Shown: positions 1-12,521, counted from the stretch's first letter. The stretch: DNA of 64,000 bases from Octopus sinensis (GCF_006345805.1 NC_043021.1:28520001-28584000); one strand, 5' to 3'. A program made the numbers and translations. Notes: generated by a model not told the origin, from the sequence alone.

Positions 1-446
1 GTGCACTTACCTTTTTCCTCGTGTTTTATTAAATTAAGCTGTTTTTTTTTATTCATTTAGAAAACATTCTTACTGTAAACACGACACACATTTACGTATG
101 GAGTAGAAAGCAGTCTTACTTCAGAATGGAGATCGATATAAGAGGGGAAAATGCATTTCAAAACGATTCTGCATTGGAAAAAAACTCTCTCACACACACG
201 AACACATTCACGCACGTGAAAAAATGCACACATCTCATAATACGCCTGATGGGGATGCGTGTTAAATGTACTTTAGTAACCAAGGTTACATAGGTGGAGG
301 CGAATATTAATACTATCTAAAGGATTACGTTTATCACTGATTACGGTAGTCAATGCCCATTCACCGAAAGGATTATCAAAATGCAAATAATATATGTAAG
401 TCGGAAACTGGAAGAAGCCCGTCGTATAGAACCCACCATATTTGTA

Positions 447-483
<37 letters not shown>

Positions 484-1170
484 ATATAAATATATATTTA
501 AGCGTGTTTAGTGCTTGGTTACAGAAGGAAGAAAAATGAAAAAAAGGAAAAAATAATTACGTGTTTTCTAAGATGGTTGATTTGATGACAGGTCAAAGGA
601 GGTCAAATTCTTGCTTTAACTCATCGACAGGGGTTTCGGTTAGCTTTTATGCTGCTTATATACATGCTTAGTTATACAACTCATTAAGTTGTTTGGTTTT
701 TAACTCACTGCGTGTGCGCGAGTGTATGGTGGTGATTGTTTAAGAGTCAATTTTTCAGAAATTTTATCAACAGTAACAATTATTATTAGTGTGACGAAAA
801 TTACTGGTATTAAAATGTTTGATCTATCGTCAAATCAAGCATCTCAGAAAACACTACTTTATTATTTGTTCCTCTAACGAAGCCTCACAAAAATCTCTCA
901 TATGTACTTTGTTTTAAAATTCACTTCACTCAAACACACAAATACACACAAACACACAAATACACACATACACACATATATTGATTCAAAATGACAAAGA
1001 ACATCTAAAATAACCACTCTCAAAACATCCTTTTCTCAATACCTATGAAAACAAATTTTTTGCGACTAATTCACCTATGAAGTGAGCGTCAGTGTTTTGA
1101 GAACACCTTTTTCAAGAGCTCTAATTTTCTGCTAAATTACTTTTGTTTTACCTTACTTTTCAGATAAATA

Positions 1171-1965
1171 ATGTCAGACACCAGGTTGTCTCAGTCAATG
1201 AAAAGGCACGTTGTAAGCGCTTGACTTAAAAGCGCAGCATAGTGACCCAGAGATAGATCACTTCCTGAAAGTTACCCACTGCTTCGTTATCAAATTCGAA
1301 AGCAGTTAGAAGCTGCTCATCGGATCCAACATTAGTAGCTAAATGCAACATGCTTATTCATTGTTTTAATACTATCTGAACACATAACTTTGTAGAACAA
1401 GTCCAAGAAATAAGCCAATGAAATCCATTCAAAGTCATTGCAAATGACCTCAAGTTTTCGAAAGGCACCATCACAAGAGTTATGTACGAGTTTTGTATGT
1501 GAAACCGATAATCGCTCGACCTGTGTGAGGTTCTTGCTAAACAAGTTAAAACACCTAGCCATTGGGATGCCTTGGTTTTTATTCGATGAGATCTTCAATC
1601 AAGACCAAACGGTAAAGTGAAGGAACGATAGATGGTCAATTCAGAGACCCGAATGAGGTTCTGGCGGTCATGTATACCAAGTTCCCAGCAACTGTGATTG
1701 TTGTGGAGCCATCAGCAACGACGCAAATGTTGTACCTCCTCCCTTGTTTTCACACGACTTAAGAAAGAGTCAGCACGACAGCCTACACAGAGATTTTGGA
1801 GAAAGTTGGGAAGCCCTGCATACACAGGGTACACAGCTAAAAGCCGAATGTCTACCAGCAAGACCGCACCATCTCATAAGGAAAGAACAAAGCAAGCGTA
1901 GATACGTGCCAATCATCTTGATCACATTCTCTCAGACACATGGTCTCCTACCTCACTACAGCTTC
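1171..1965 (+). mobile_element. Decayed Tc1/mariner transposase, DD37D/maT-like (multiple stops and frameshifts)
   Basis: Stitched frames read MSDTRLSQSMKRHVVSA*LKAQHSDPEIDHFLKV...LLNKLKHLAIGMPWFLFDEIFNQDQTVK*RNDRW...VMYTKFPATVIVV/GAISND..VVPP...AYTEILEKVGKPC...NVYQQD/APSHK...DTWSP. These match the maT-type motifs WFFSDEK, HTKFPATVMV, QQDSAPSH and WPP as I recall them. Confidence 0.75.
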
Positions 1966-2697
1966 TACATCACTTAAGAACCAGTGTTCGTTTGTTTACA
2001 TACCCGCGACTTAGCTGTTCGGCAAAACAAACCGATGGCATAAGTACCTGAGTTAAAATGGAAAACAAAAACATAAGTACTATGGCCGATGTGTTTGATA
2101 TAAATCCTTGAAGGTAGGTGTCCCAGCTTGGCTGCAACCCAATGCCTGAAACAAGTAAAAGAAGAACGATAAATCAAAATAACGTTCATTCCAAATCCAT
2201 CAAATCTGGTCGTTTTAATAATATAATATATTGGTATGATCAATCTCACACTATTTATCAATCAATCAATCAGATCAGATCAGATGATAGTCAGACATAA
2301 AATATCGAAATAAATCAAGGTGGGCTTTCATCCACTTTAGAACCAAAAAGAAAAAAAAAAGAATTATAAAAAAAGAAACAGAACAAAAACACTAAGTATT
2401 AAATAGAAAAAAGTCATTGATTAAAATTCGATATTTTCTACCTTTCAACGTTTATGAGATCAAAAACATAAATCGTGAACTAATATAATTATAGCGCCAA
2501 ATAATTATAAATAGTCTATGTCTTGCATGCATACTATAAACATTATTGATCATATGCTAAAGTCATTATCCGATTATCGAGATTACGATTTACTTTACAC
2601 CAAAACTGTTGGTATATGAGTCAGCAAAGCAAAGAGCGGACGGTTCAGATTCAAACACACTTGTATTGCAATAGCTTCGTGGTAAGGACCCAAACTT

Positions 2698-2905
2698 CGG
2701 TTTCAGTCATTGGACTGCGACCATATTGAAGTACCACCATGAGGGGTTTAGTCAGAAAAATCGCTCCCGCACCCATATATTTCTTCATTTTAAGTTTGGT
2801 ACTTATTCTATTTGGCTCATTTGTCGGACCATTGATATTATGGGGACGGAAAAAAACCGGCACCAGTTGTCCAGTAGTGGTTAGCACAAACATAAACACA
2901 GACAC
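2698..2905 (-). mobile_element. SINE 3' part (same family as 3076-3446)
   Basis: tttcagtcattggactgcgaccat...tttagtc...ggtacttattctat...ggggacg is a diverged copy of 3085-3260. Confidence 0.6.
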
Positions 2906-3027
2906 ACATATATCATGCACACATACGCATGCAAACACACGGGTATACACGCCCCCCCCACACGTATATATGTATATAAGTACATATATATATATGTGTG
3001 TGTGTGTACGTATATATTTACGTGTAT

Positions 3028-3058
<31 letters not shown>

Positions 3059-3075
3059 GTATATTCTTTTCTCTT

Positions 3076-3446
3076 CTTTTTACTTGTTTCAGTCATTTGA
3101 CTGCTGCCATGCTGGAGCAGCACCTTTAGTCGAACAAATCGACCCCAGGACTTATTTTTTGTTAGCCTAGTACTTATTCTATCGGTCTCTTTTGCTGAAC
3201 CGCAAGTAACGGGGACATAAACATGCCAGCATCGGTTGTCAAGCGATGGTGGAGGGAGAGACAGACAGACACACACACACATACACACACACAATTATAT
3301 ATATACAACGGGCTTCTTTCAGTTTCCGTCTACCAATTCCACTCACAAGGGTTTGGTCGGCCCGAGGCTATAGTAGAAGATACTTGCCCAAGGTGCTACG
3401 TAGTGGGACTCAACTCGGAACCATGCGGTTGGTAAGCAAGCTACTT
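3076..3446 (-). mobile_element. tRNA-derived SINE body; its 5' head continues at 5420-5462 after the interrupting insertion
   Basis: Minus strand reads aagtagcttgcttaccaaccgcatggttccgagttgagtcccactacgtagcaccttgggcaag (B-box-like)...gaaactgaaagaagcccg, then (TA)/(TG) and a 3' tail. The missing A-box part ataggcgcagaactcgctgtgtggt lies at 5436-5460. Confidence 0.8.
3431..3446. repeat. Target-site duplication, copy 1 (ggtaagcaagctactt)
   Basis: Identical 16-mer at 5420-5435. Confidence 0.9.
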
Positions 3447-5419
3447 TATTTCATAAATTTGTCATATAGACAGTACAAAGAGCTTTGCGGGCTGGACAAA
3501 TACATTAATGAATGAAAATGAATTATAATGAATAGATGAGAGACGAAACCCAACACCCACCGATTGGATTTTTCTCGAAAACATACTTGTCTTTTTTTTT
3601 AAATCAATATAAGGTTTCAAACCTCTTACAAGAAGGAGGCACTAAAACCTCTTAACATATTTTCTCTATTTTTTTTCTTTCTTAAAACACAAAATTGAGG
3701 TTATAAACCACTACAAAATAGTCCAATAAGGTGAGGCTTCAAACTCTGTAACGAGGGTCTTTCACCTCCTACTCTTCGATATATCCATCGATATATTCAT
3801 CATTATCTTCAATGCCGCTTGAGTTCCTGTATCCCGCCATTTCCCATGAATCACTCAAGTAGGACATGTAAGTCGTGTAAGGGCCATCCGGCCATATGCG
3901 ACACTCCTCCCCAAATCCTTTAAGCCTTTCCCACAAAGGAAACCTTATGACCTCCACAGCTATCTGCGGAGGCCATTCGAGATCCCGTATGAAGGGCATA
4001 TCTACTATTCCGTTATGCTCTTCTACTATTTTTCCACCCCCCGCCCTTGTAGAAAAAGATAATTAAATGATCATCTTTAAGGGTGGTGGTGGTTTCTTCC
4101 ACCGTGGGTGGCACAACTTCGGGGCATGCAGTCGGCACATCATCTCCCCGCTGAGATGACCCGTTCTTCTTCCTTTTTTTTTCTTTTCTTCCTGGTTTCG
4201 AGAGGGTGGAGCTCTTCCGCTTTGTCCGGAGACTCTCCCCGCCTCCCGAAGCCTTAGGTTCCTTCGGCGGGCAACTATTGTTGCCCGCCTTCTTCCTTTT
4301 TAATCCTTTTTGAGTTGAGGAGGCTGAAGCCTCCTCGACCACATCCACCTCTCCCTTTGACCGGGTAGGGGAGGTGGCATCTAGTGACTGTTCCAGGACC
4401 TTACCATGGTCCTGGAGGCAGTTATTTTTAATGTGGCCTGGCTGCAGGCACGAGTGACACTTTGGGGGACGTCCCTCAAGTATCACCGGATACCTGCAGC
4501 CAGCCATTTTCAAGAAATCTGGAAAAACCAGTTCTGTTGCTGCCGATGGGGTCCATAGGGTCAAAATCGCTTTTGAGCCTTCCCAATCGACCGCCGGCAA
4601 TACCCTTACATTTAAGATCCTGGGCCCGCCATCCCCCAGTCCCCGTCGGATGGTATCTTCAATCCAATCCGCTTCGGTGCCCGGGGGAAGCCCACATACC
4701 CAGGCTCGTATTAATTTTCTTCCACAATATAACGGGAGAAACAAAATTTCCTTGCCTTCTAAAGGCTGACTCGCAAACTGGCGAGCCTTTTCCCTGTTGT
4801 CAAACAGCAACCATACGGTTGCATGTTTGACACCACGGGATATATATTTTACAGAGGACAAATGTTCTTTAAGTTCATTTTTTATGACTTGTTTTGGGAA
4901 GATGGTGATGAAATTAAGAACTTTAGAATACGTTCTAAGTACGTTCTAAGTTCCTTCTCTGCCATGTCAAAAAACAGTTCAAAAGTAGTTCAACAGACAG
5001 TCTGCCAAAAAATTAAATCGAATAAAAATAAAACAAAATAAAAGAGAAGGGGAGGAAACTGAAATTAAAGTAATAAAAAGAATGAACCAAAATTCAGAAG
5101 GAAAGAAAAATAGAAAAAGGGAAAAGTAAAAGAAAAACCTCACAAATAGCACAGACAGGGAATCCTTTGTATAATACTCCAAAAAGGTAATCCAAATGGC
5201 TTATTCTTATTTTTCTGGCAAGATACGCCCACTAGAATTCACAAGAAGAATTCTCAAGTAAAAATTCTCAATTCACCGCTACGGTGATGAGAACCCAGTA
5301 TTTCGCTCGCTATAACGAGCCATAATTGACAATTTTTCTTTGTTCTTTTTTTCTGTTCACGGAGCCGAAACTCACATCTGCTCACTGTAACAGTACTGAC
5401 CAACTAGTGTTGCATTCTG
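3447..5419 (-). mobile_element. ORF1-only non-autonomous non-LTR retroelement (HAL1-like, Tx1-related), 1,973 bp, TSD-flanked
   Basis: Bounded by a 16-bp TSD. It has a ~450-nt 5' UTR, one gag-like ORF with a CCHC knuckle and a ~320-nt 3' UTR. No endonuclease or RT sequence is present inside. Confidence 0.8.
3769..4965 (-). pseudogene. Tx1/L1-type ORF1 (gag-like nucleic-acid-binding protein), ~394 aa after repairing two lesions
   Basis: ATG at 4965 gives MAEKELRTYSKVLNF... once one copy of the 11-bp duplication tacgttctaag (4929-4950) is removed. The zinc knuckle is CHSCLQPGHIKNNC. Removing one base from the C6 run at 4037-4042 joins the 282-aa ORF to the 76-aa ORF 3769-3999. It is similar to the ORF1 at 7104-7880. 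Confidence 0.8.
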
Positions 5420-5435
5420 GGTAAGCAAGCTACTT
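5420..5435. repeat. Target-site duplication, copy 2 (ggtaagcaagctactt)
   Basis: Identical to 3431-3446. Confidence 0.9.
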
Positions 5436-5464
5436 ACCACACAGCGAGTTCTGCGCCTATATAT

Positions 5465-5510
<46 letters not shown>

Positions 5511-6085
5511 GCATATACATATATATACGTACATACATGCATAAACACACACACACATACACACATATATATATAAATATATATATAAACAGACATATAA
5601 ACATACATACATAAGTACGTACGTATCAATGTATCCACGAGCTCCCATACAATGTCTTATCTAGCAAATTCACCGACTGGGCAACTGGGCCTTAGTCGTC
5701 CCTGAGATTATAGAACGAAACACTTGTTCTATTATCTCGAGCAAAAGCATATGTTGGCAAAGCGATCTTCTGAAATACACTGCCATGCATACGTGAAGTC
5801 GGAGCCTACTGATTAATGGCAGAAACTGTTTCCAAATATATTTTTTATATAAGCAGTATTTCCCTCTGCTTTGAACATTATCCGGTATTTATTTATTTGT
5901 TTTCACTTTAAGGCTTACGCTTAACCGACTCGATTGAGTATTAGTCAGCAGAACAGAACATTGACAGTTCGTATTCAATCACAACCACTGCAAAACTCTT
6001 GTATCAAAAACCCGAAATATAAAGAGATCATTCCTAGTATGAGTAAATATTTACAATAAACAGATGGAAATTACTATCGCAGTAG

Positions 6086-6356
6086 AAGATTTTCCAAATG
6101 AGTCCTGGAGAAAAGTCACAAGGAAGCAACACCCTAGTTATACAGAGAGGGAGAGAGGAAGATAGAGAAGAGGGAGCGATAAAGAAAGAGAAAAAGAGAG
6201 TGAGGGTTTTTTTTTCATATTTTGATGAAAAAAAAACCCTCACTCTCTTTTCTCTTTCTTTATCGCTCCCTCTTCTCTATCTTCCTCTCTCTCTCTCTGT
6301 ATAACTAGGGTGTTGCTTCCTTGTGACTTTTCTCCAGGACTCATTTGGAAAATCTT
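6086..6356. repeat. Near-perfect palindrome (fold-back), ~133-bp arms, ~6-nt loop at 6219-6224
   Basis: aagattttccaaatgagtcctggag...ttcat [attttg] atgaa...ctccaggactcatttggaaaatctt. I count one substitution and one 1-nt indel between the arms. Confidence 0.95.
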
Positions 6357-6504
6357 TGTAATTTTAATTGAACTTTATTGGATCGCTACATTAGTCTACT
6401 ATCGCCCACATCGCCACTTTACGAATTTAGTATTAGGTTTTTATACAGCTGGCGTTCCTAGGGATCTTTTACTTTGTCACTCCTGTGTGTGTGTACATAT
6501 ATAT

Positions 6505-6569
<65 letters not shown>

Positions 6570-6632
6570 ATGTCTGTCTGTCTGTCTTTCTATCTATCTA
6601 TCTACCTATCTATCTATCTATCTATCTATCTG

Positions 6633-6674
<42 letters not shown>
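6505..6674 (+). repeat. (TCTA)n microsatellite abutting the 5' end of Tx1 copy 1
   Basis: Direct reading. Confidence 0.95.
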
Positions 6675-6675
<1 letters not shown>

Positions 6676-6895
6676 CGGCATGGACGGACGCTAGTCAAAT
6701 GGGCTCCACGTAAGTTGGCCACTTTTACATGTTTAAAACTCATTGTTGTAAAATATTTTGTTTTTAAACGTTGTGCAAGTTAATTCACTAAAAAACCTGA
6801 GAATTATTCACGTAGAATTCCGCCTCTGTATGACCGAAATTACCAAAAGTTTCAAAACTTTCGTGGTTTATTTTTACCCATTTTTCATTTTGAAA

Positions 6896-8681
6896 ATGGC
6901 GACTGGAAACCACGTGGCTAGCGCGCCAGTCATGCGGAACGGTAGCGAAGCGCTACCGCTGCCATTAGCTGCTAAGCCTCGCAGCTTGAACACCGCTGTC
7001 ACCACCATCACCACCAACAACAACAAAACATACGTCGCAAGACCATTCCCCATCGCCGCCACCAAAGATATTAACTTAGAAATTCCCCCACTCCCTACAC
7101 CACTTGTCGATGAAAGAAGTTTCAAAACAAACGAATACAGACGCAAACATGAATGCCAGTATCACCACCATCACTACCAACAACGATAACGAAATCAGCA
7201 CAAAGCCGCCCACCGAAGACAGCACCGCCAACACCAGCACTACTACCACGACTTCAACTGCTACAACTAATTCCTCTCCTACTAACACCACCAAAAATAA
7301 AACAAACTTCGCTGAAGCGATAAAACAAAAGCGAACAATCGTAAAATTCACCGCACAAGAAATAAACAACGCAATGGCACTTCTCACCAAGGAAGGAGAT
7401 AATTTGCGTCGCCACATTCCACAACACATCGTGGAAAACACACACAAAAAAAACAATGATATACAAAGTTGTCAACAAGAAGACAAGAAAGCGCACCGCA
7501 GCAAAAAATATCTTCGCCCTGTATGGGATACAAAGGAATACGTTAGTTGGTGGCATAAATTTTGTACTGTCCAAGTAAGTTTCCACAATGAAAATCTAGC
7601 GAAACGATTTTCCACATTGGATCTGCATACAAATGACTTGGTGTTGATACCAACTTACTTAGGCCAGAGGGTGACGAAAGTCACAATAAAAAATGTAATA
7701 CCTGAAGTAGAAATACAATGGTTAGTCTCGGCCATCTGCTTTGAAATGGCAGAGACAAACATTCTTAAAATCACTGTTTTAGAACAGAAAAACTAGGCTA
7801 CAAACTCTATGTAGTGGTAATGGGCAGACGATCACGTTGCTATCTGTGCGGAAGCGAAACACATTTGAAAAAGAAGTGTCCAACCACAACAAGAGCAACA
7901 ACAACAACCACTACCACAGCCAAAATACACCGAGAAAAAAAGCACTACTATCCACACCAAGCAAATCCATCAACGATCAAAAATAATACAACATCTCAGA
8001 AACTACCTGAGAAAATACCAACATCACCAACAACAGCAAGAACTAAAGGAACAGAAAAACAAAAAATATATAAAAAAACTGAATCCCCATCCCTTATACC
8101 GCACACACCACACACAAACACTCAACAACCAACAGCAACGAAAACAACAACAAAGCCACTTACACAGACATACATAGAAGCCTACAACATACCCCTACCC
8201 TTTTCTGATTCCTCAGAAATTTCCTCGGAAGACGAAACCAGTGAGGAATGGCAAAAAGCCAGTAAAGGAAGGAAAAAAAGAGCAGAAAAACAACCAAATT
8301 AAATGCAAATACAAACAAAGCGGGATGATATACATCTCCCGAAGATATTTCAAAACCCACCACAAACAACAGCCACACCAACACCACAAAAATGTTACAG
8401 CAAACATGCTCACAGCTATAGACACCAAAAATATAAATTTGGTGGAATACATCAAATCAAAAACAAACATAACAGAAGATGACATAAAAACAAACAATCA
8501 TCCATACACAACACCACCAGATCACATCAAAATACTACATACCTTCAGAAGTCTGCACCACACACTAAAAGGCATTTTTTCCAGTGCGGTTGGTAAATGC
8601 CAAAAATACCTCACAAAGAAACTTTACTTGTATCTCCTCGAGGACAAACCAAAGGAGGAGAAAGCAAAAACTTTCGATTAG
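6896..8681 (+). pseudogene. ORF1 of Tx1 copy 1 (frameshifted; Thr-rich low-complexity segments, zinc knuckle)
   Basis: MATGNHV... starts at 6896. Pieces are 7104-7796, 7814-8302 (CYLCGSETHLKKKC) and 8241-8681. The core VSFHNENLAKRFSTLDLHTNDLVLIPTYLGQRVTKVTIKNV aligns by eye with LLFDNREKARQFASQPLEGKEILFLPLYCGRKLIRAWVCGL of the 3769-4965 ORF. Confidence 0.75.
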
Positions 8682-8728
8682 TAAGTAACCCTCTATTCCT
8701 TTCGCTTGTATTCTAATTCACTAGGATT

Positions 8729-11700
8729 ATGATCAAGCTTGGTTGTGCAAATGCGCGTGGCTTGGGGTCCCCTTGGAAACAAGGGTACCTCTTAAATTAC
8801 ATAAAGTCACACAAGTTAGAAATCATAGCCATAAGTGAGACCAGAATCCAGAATCCGCGGGCCCTAAAGACCATGTTTGGCGGACAGTTTAACATTTATC
8901 CCCCCCTGTCTGCCGAGAATAGGCGGTAGTGGCACCGCGGTACTTCTTCGCAAGAGTCTGGATCTCAAAATAAAGACAATGTTCGTAGACCCAGAGGGTA
9001 GACTGGCGCGTCCAGGATGTCGACGGCAGCAATGGGTGCGCTTTTCGACTCGTATCAGTCTACGCACCGCCTTTAACAGGCCGGGCAGATCTCTTTCAAC
9101 GTCGAGAAGTATTCCTGGGAACGTCTCGTCCTTTACCCTTAATGTAGGATTGGAATGCTACCTTGGACACGCATGTAGACTACGTGGGCAGAGATAGGAA
9201 TAGACGGGGATGCAAATGCCTCAGAGACCAGCTCAGACGTTTTCAACTGTCTGCCAGGTACCAACTCGACCACCCGAATGCGCCAATGTGGACATGGAGC
9301 AACCGCATCGGATCGTCGAGATCGTATCTAGATAGGGTACTGTGTAGGACAGTAGATAGAGATAGCATAGGATGTCCACAATTCCACATAGTCAGCTACA
9401 CGGATCACAAACTTTTGACATGTACGCTAGACTTAGGCAAGATACATAGGCAGGGTCCCGGATACTGGAAACTAAACGCATCTTTCCCATCGAGACAGGT
9501 TTTCAGAGACCGGATTAGCACACTAGTAAGTGGTGGTTTGCCTTCAAGAGAGCAATGAAAGCAGAAGCGATTAGGTACAGAAAAGCACTAGCCATAGATA
9601 GAAACAGAGTGATGGTGAGCTAGTTAAGAAGCTAGAGGAGGCAATTACAAGCGGCATCGCATCCGACGTTTTGGCGGCGAGGTTGGCACTCGACCAACAC
9701 TTCTACGTCAAACACGAAGGGTGTGTTGTCACAGTTAGGATGCGTGCTCTAAAGAACGGTGTTGGAATCGCTCGAGAGGCCCGGGTGGCAGAAGCGCAAC
9801 AGGGCAACAAAGCCACCATTCGGTCTCTGGTAGCTGAACAGGGGCGCGAATTACTCGAGCCAAGTAAAATGTGTGAGGCCTCTCAACAGCATTTTGCCCG
9901 ACTGTTGGGGACGAGTGGCGGGCAAGAACGTAGGGTGGAATTCAGTGCCTACCTACACAGCCTACCACGACTCTCGACAAGAGAGGTGCGCTGCGAAGGT
10001 ACCCTCACGACGGCGGATGTGCGGAACGCGATGGCAGAATGCTCGAGGGACAAATCGCCGGGTTTGGATGGTCTGCTCTACGAGTTTTACAATTGTATGC
10101 CAGACTTGTTAGGAGACGTCTTGGCAGTGGTGTACTGCTACTGGCAGCATAACGGGAGCATCCCCGGTTTTGTGAGCCGAGGAGCCGTAACACTGCTAAA
10201 GAAAGATCTAAACAAGGGAAATGTAATAGATAACTTTAGGCCCATCACTCTGCTTGATGCAGACTTGAAAATTTTGGCCAAGGTGTTAGTCAAGAAGTTG
10301 GCGCTTGTCATCGAGAAACTTGTCGACAAGGCGCAAACATGCGCCGTGCCGGGCCGGAGCATCCATGACAACCTCCATCTGATGCGCTACATCATAGACA
10401 GAATAGTTACGGAACCTGGCATGGATGGGGCCCTGATCAATTTGGATCAATCCAAAGCTTTCCATAGGGTAGACCATCGAAACTTGGAGGCTGTCCTCAG
10501 CGCGGCTGGCTTCGGTCCCGTCTTCCGCCGCTGGATAGCCGCTTTGTACAGAGGTATGCGTTCGGGAATTCGCGTAAATGGACATCTATCGAGACCCTTC
10601 GACATCGCACGTTCGGTCCGTCAGGGATGCCCCCTCTCGTCGTTTCTATACGTATTGACTCTTGAGTCATTATTGCGGAAGCAGCCAACTCTGAGGGGTG
10701 TCCCGCGAGAATTGGGATGCGAGACGAGCGTTTCTGCATACGCGGACGACGTCACCGTCATCAAGCTACGAGCACATCGAGCTGGTCGGTAGGACACTGG
10801 AAGACTACGAAGCGGTGACAGGAGCGAAAATCAACCGGGAAAAGTCAGTGGGCTTGCGGCTCGGCCCCTGGAGAAGCAAGCCCATGCCGTCCACCAGCGC
10901 CTCCGTTGTGGGACTCTGGACCGACGGTCTGATCGAGTTGCTCGGAGTCTGGTTTGGTCCAGACCTCCGAATGGAGAAGAACTGGAACGAGATAACGAAT
11001 AGGGTGGTCACTCTCGCCCGGCAATGGGCCGAGAGGAAACTGTCCCTAAAAGGTCGAGCGGAGGTGGCGAACACGTACATCGCGTGAATCATCAACTACC
11101 GCCTGACCGTCGTGCCTTGTCCCGACCCTACCGTTATCAAACTAGAACGCATTTTATTTCGATTCTTGTGGAAAGGATGCGACCCAATTGTCAGGCGATC
11201 CATTTGCTGTCAACACCCGTTAAAAGGAGGGCTGGGCATGCCGCGGTTGTTGATGCGCAGACACGCGCTGAGACTGCGACATCTCAGGCTCTACGTAGAC
11301 GACGGTGAACAGGTGTGGTCACCGTTTGTGAGGCACGCTTTCCCGAAACTCGTCTCCATGACCGAACTGCAGTCGTGGATCGAAAAAGAGGCCGAGAAGG
11401 GGTGAATGGCACCGCGAGTGTCGCGTTGCTCTCAAGCAACTCCGCCGTCCCGGGTCGACCTTGTGCGACTTCAACACAACCAAAGCATTCTATAAGGGAT
11501 TTAGTGGAGGGGAGGTACGACGACGAGCTCGGCGCGAACCTGGACGTCGATGAGGAATACCTGACCCGCCTGTTCGGGACGACTTTCGGGCTGGGACCAT
11601 GGACAACTTCCAGAGATCCCTGGCCTGGCAGTGCTACCGAGAAGCGCTATCCGTTCGGGATAAGCTCTACAGACATGGCTCGAGAAACTCGGGGCCGACC

Positions 11701-12123
11701 TGCCCGAGATGCGGGCAGAGCGTCGAGACCGTTCTGCTCGCACTCCTGCAGTGTCCGACAATTTCCGACCTGTGGGCTTATGTCGAACGACAGCTGCCAC
11801 GTGTGGGACGAGTCGGTTTATCAACCGAGTATATCGTCAATATTGTCACGCCTTCTTCTTTCAAACGGGAAGGAAGAGGTATTTTCATCATCCTTGTGGC
11901 TATGGCAAAAAATTGTATCTGGTGGAAGCATCTGAAAGGATTAGAGACAAACACTTTCCTCTCTGGTTAATCTCTCATCAACTTCTTCAAGTTTCACTTG
12001 AAAAGGAAAGTGAGAGTAGAGAGGCAAGTTTTGTCTAGTGAATGTTTTAAAAAAAGATGGGTGAATGTAGCAAGGATGGCACGTATGAATGACGAAGCCA
12101 CTTTGAGCATAATCCTAATTTAA
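8729..12123 (+). pseudogene. ORF2 of Tx1 copy 1: APE endonuclease + reverse transcriptase + C-terminal zinc finger, many frameshifts/stops
   Basis: EN motifs are NARGL, ISET, SYLDRV, TDH and GPGYWKLNAS. RT motifs are KSPGLDGL, NFRPITLL, QGCPLS and YADD. The C-terminus has CPRCGQS.ETVL.A..QC. There is a premature TGA at ~11085. Confidence 0.9.
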
Positions 12124-12405
12124 AACAGAGGGTTGCTTACTTGCAAACAAATGTGTGACATTATTGACCGAGGTTACCGTGGTCTTTTCCGTAGGCTTTC
12201 GTTTCCACGGATAAACCTATCTTCTTCCCCGTTCACACTTTACATCATGACTTGTCTGTGATACACGATCCCTATTGTTTTTTTTCCTATTACGATCCCT
12301 TTTGATCGAAAATCTACCCCACATTTTTCTTCTCCCCCAAAAGAAAAGCTCTACTTTGTAATCAGTCCCGTTTGTGTGCAGCCCTGTGTGGCTAATAAAG
12401 AAACA

Positions 12406-12407
<2 letters not shown>

Positions 12408-12489
<82 letters not shown>

Positions 12490-12490
12490 G

Positions 12491-12521
<31 letters not shown>
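12408..12521 (+). repeat. (TCTA)n array between Tx1 copies 1 and 2
   Basis: Direct reading. Confidence 0.95.

Larger units (their letters stand above)
6675..12407 (+). mobile_element. Full-length but decayed Tx1/L1-clade LINE (copy 1)
   Basis: Order is 5' UTR, ORF1 (CCHC), 47-nt spacer, ORF2 (APE-RT-CCHC) and 3' UTR ending aataaagaaacata+(TCTA)n. Confidence 0.9.

Noticed and set aside
3592-3600. T9 run as the poly(A) tail of the ORF1-only element
   Set aside because: The 16-bp TSD places the true 3' end at 3447, 145 nt further on.
4462-4830. 122-aa plus-strand ORF, and the similar alternative-frame ORFs over 9873-14715
   Set aside because: These are antisense or shifted-frame shadows of GC-richer retroelement ORFs.
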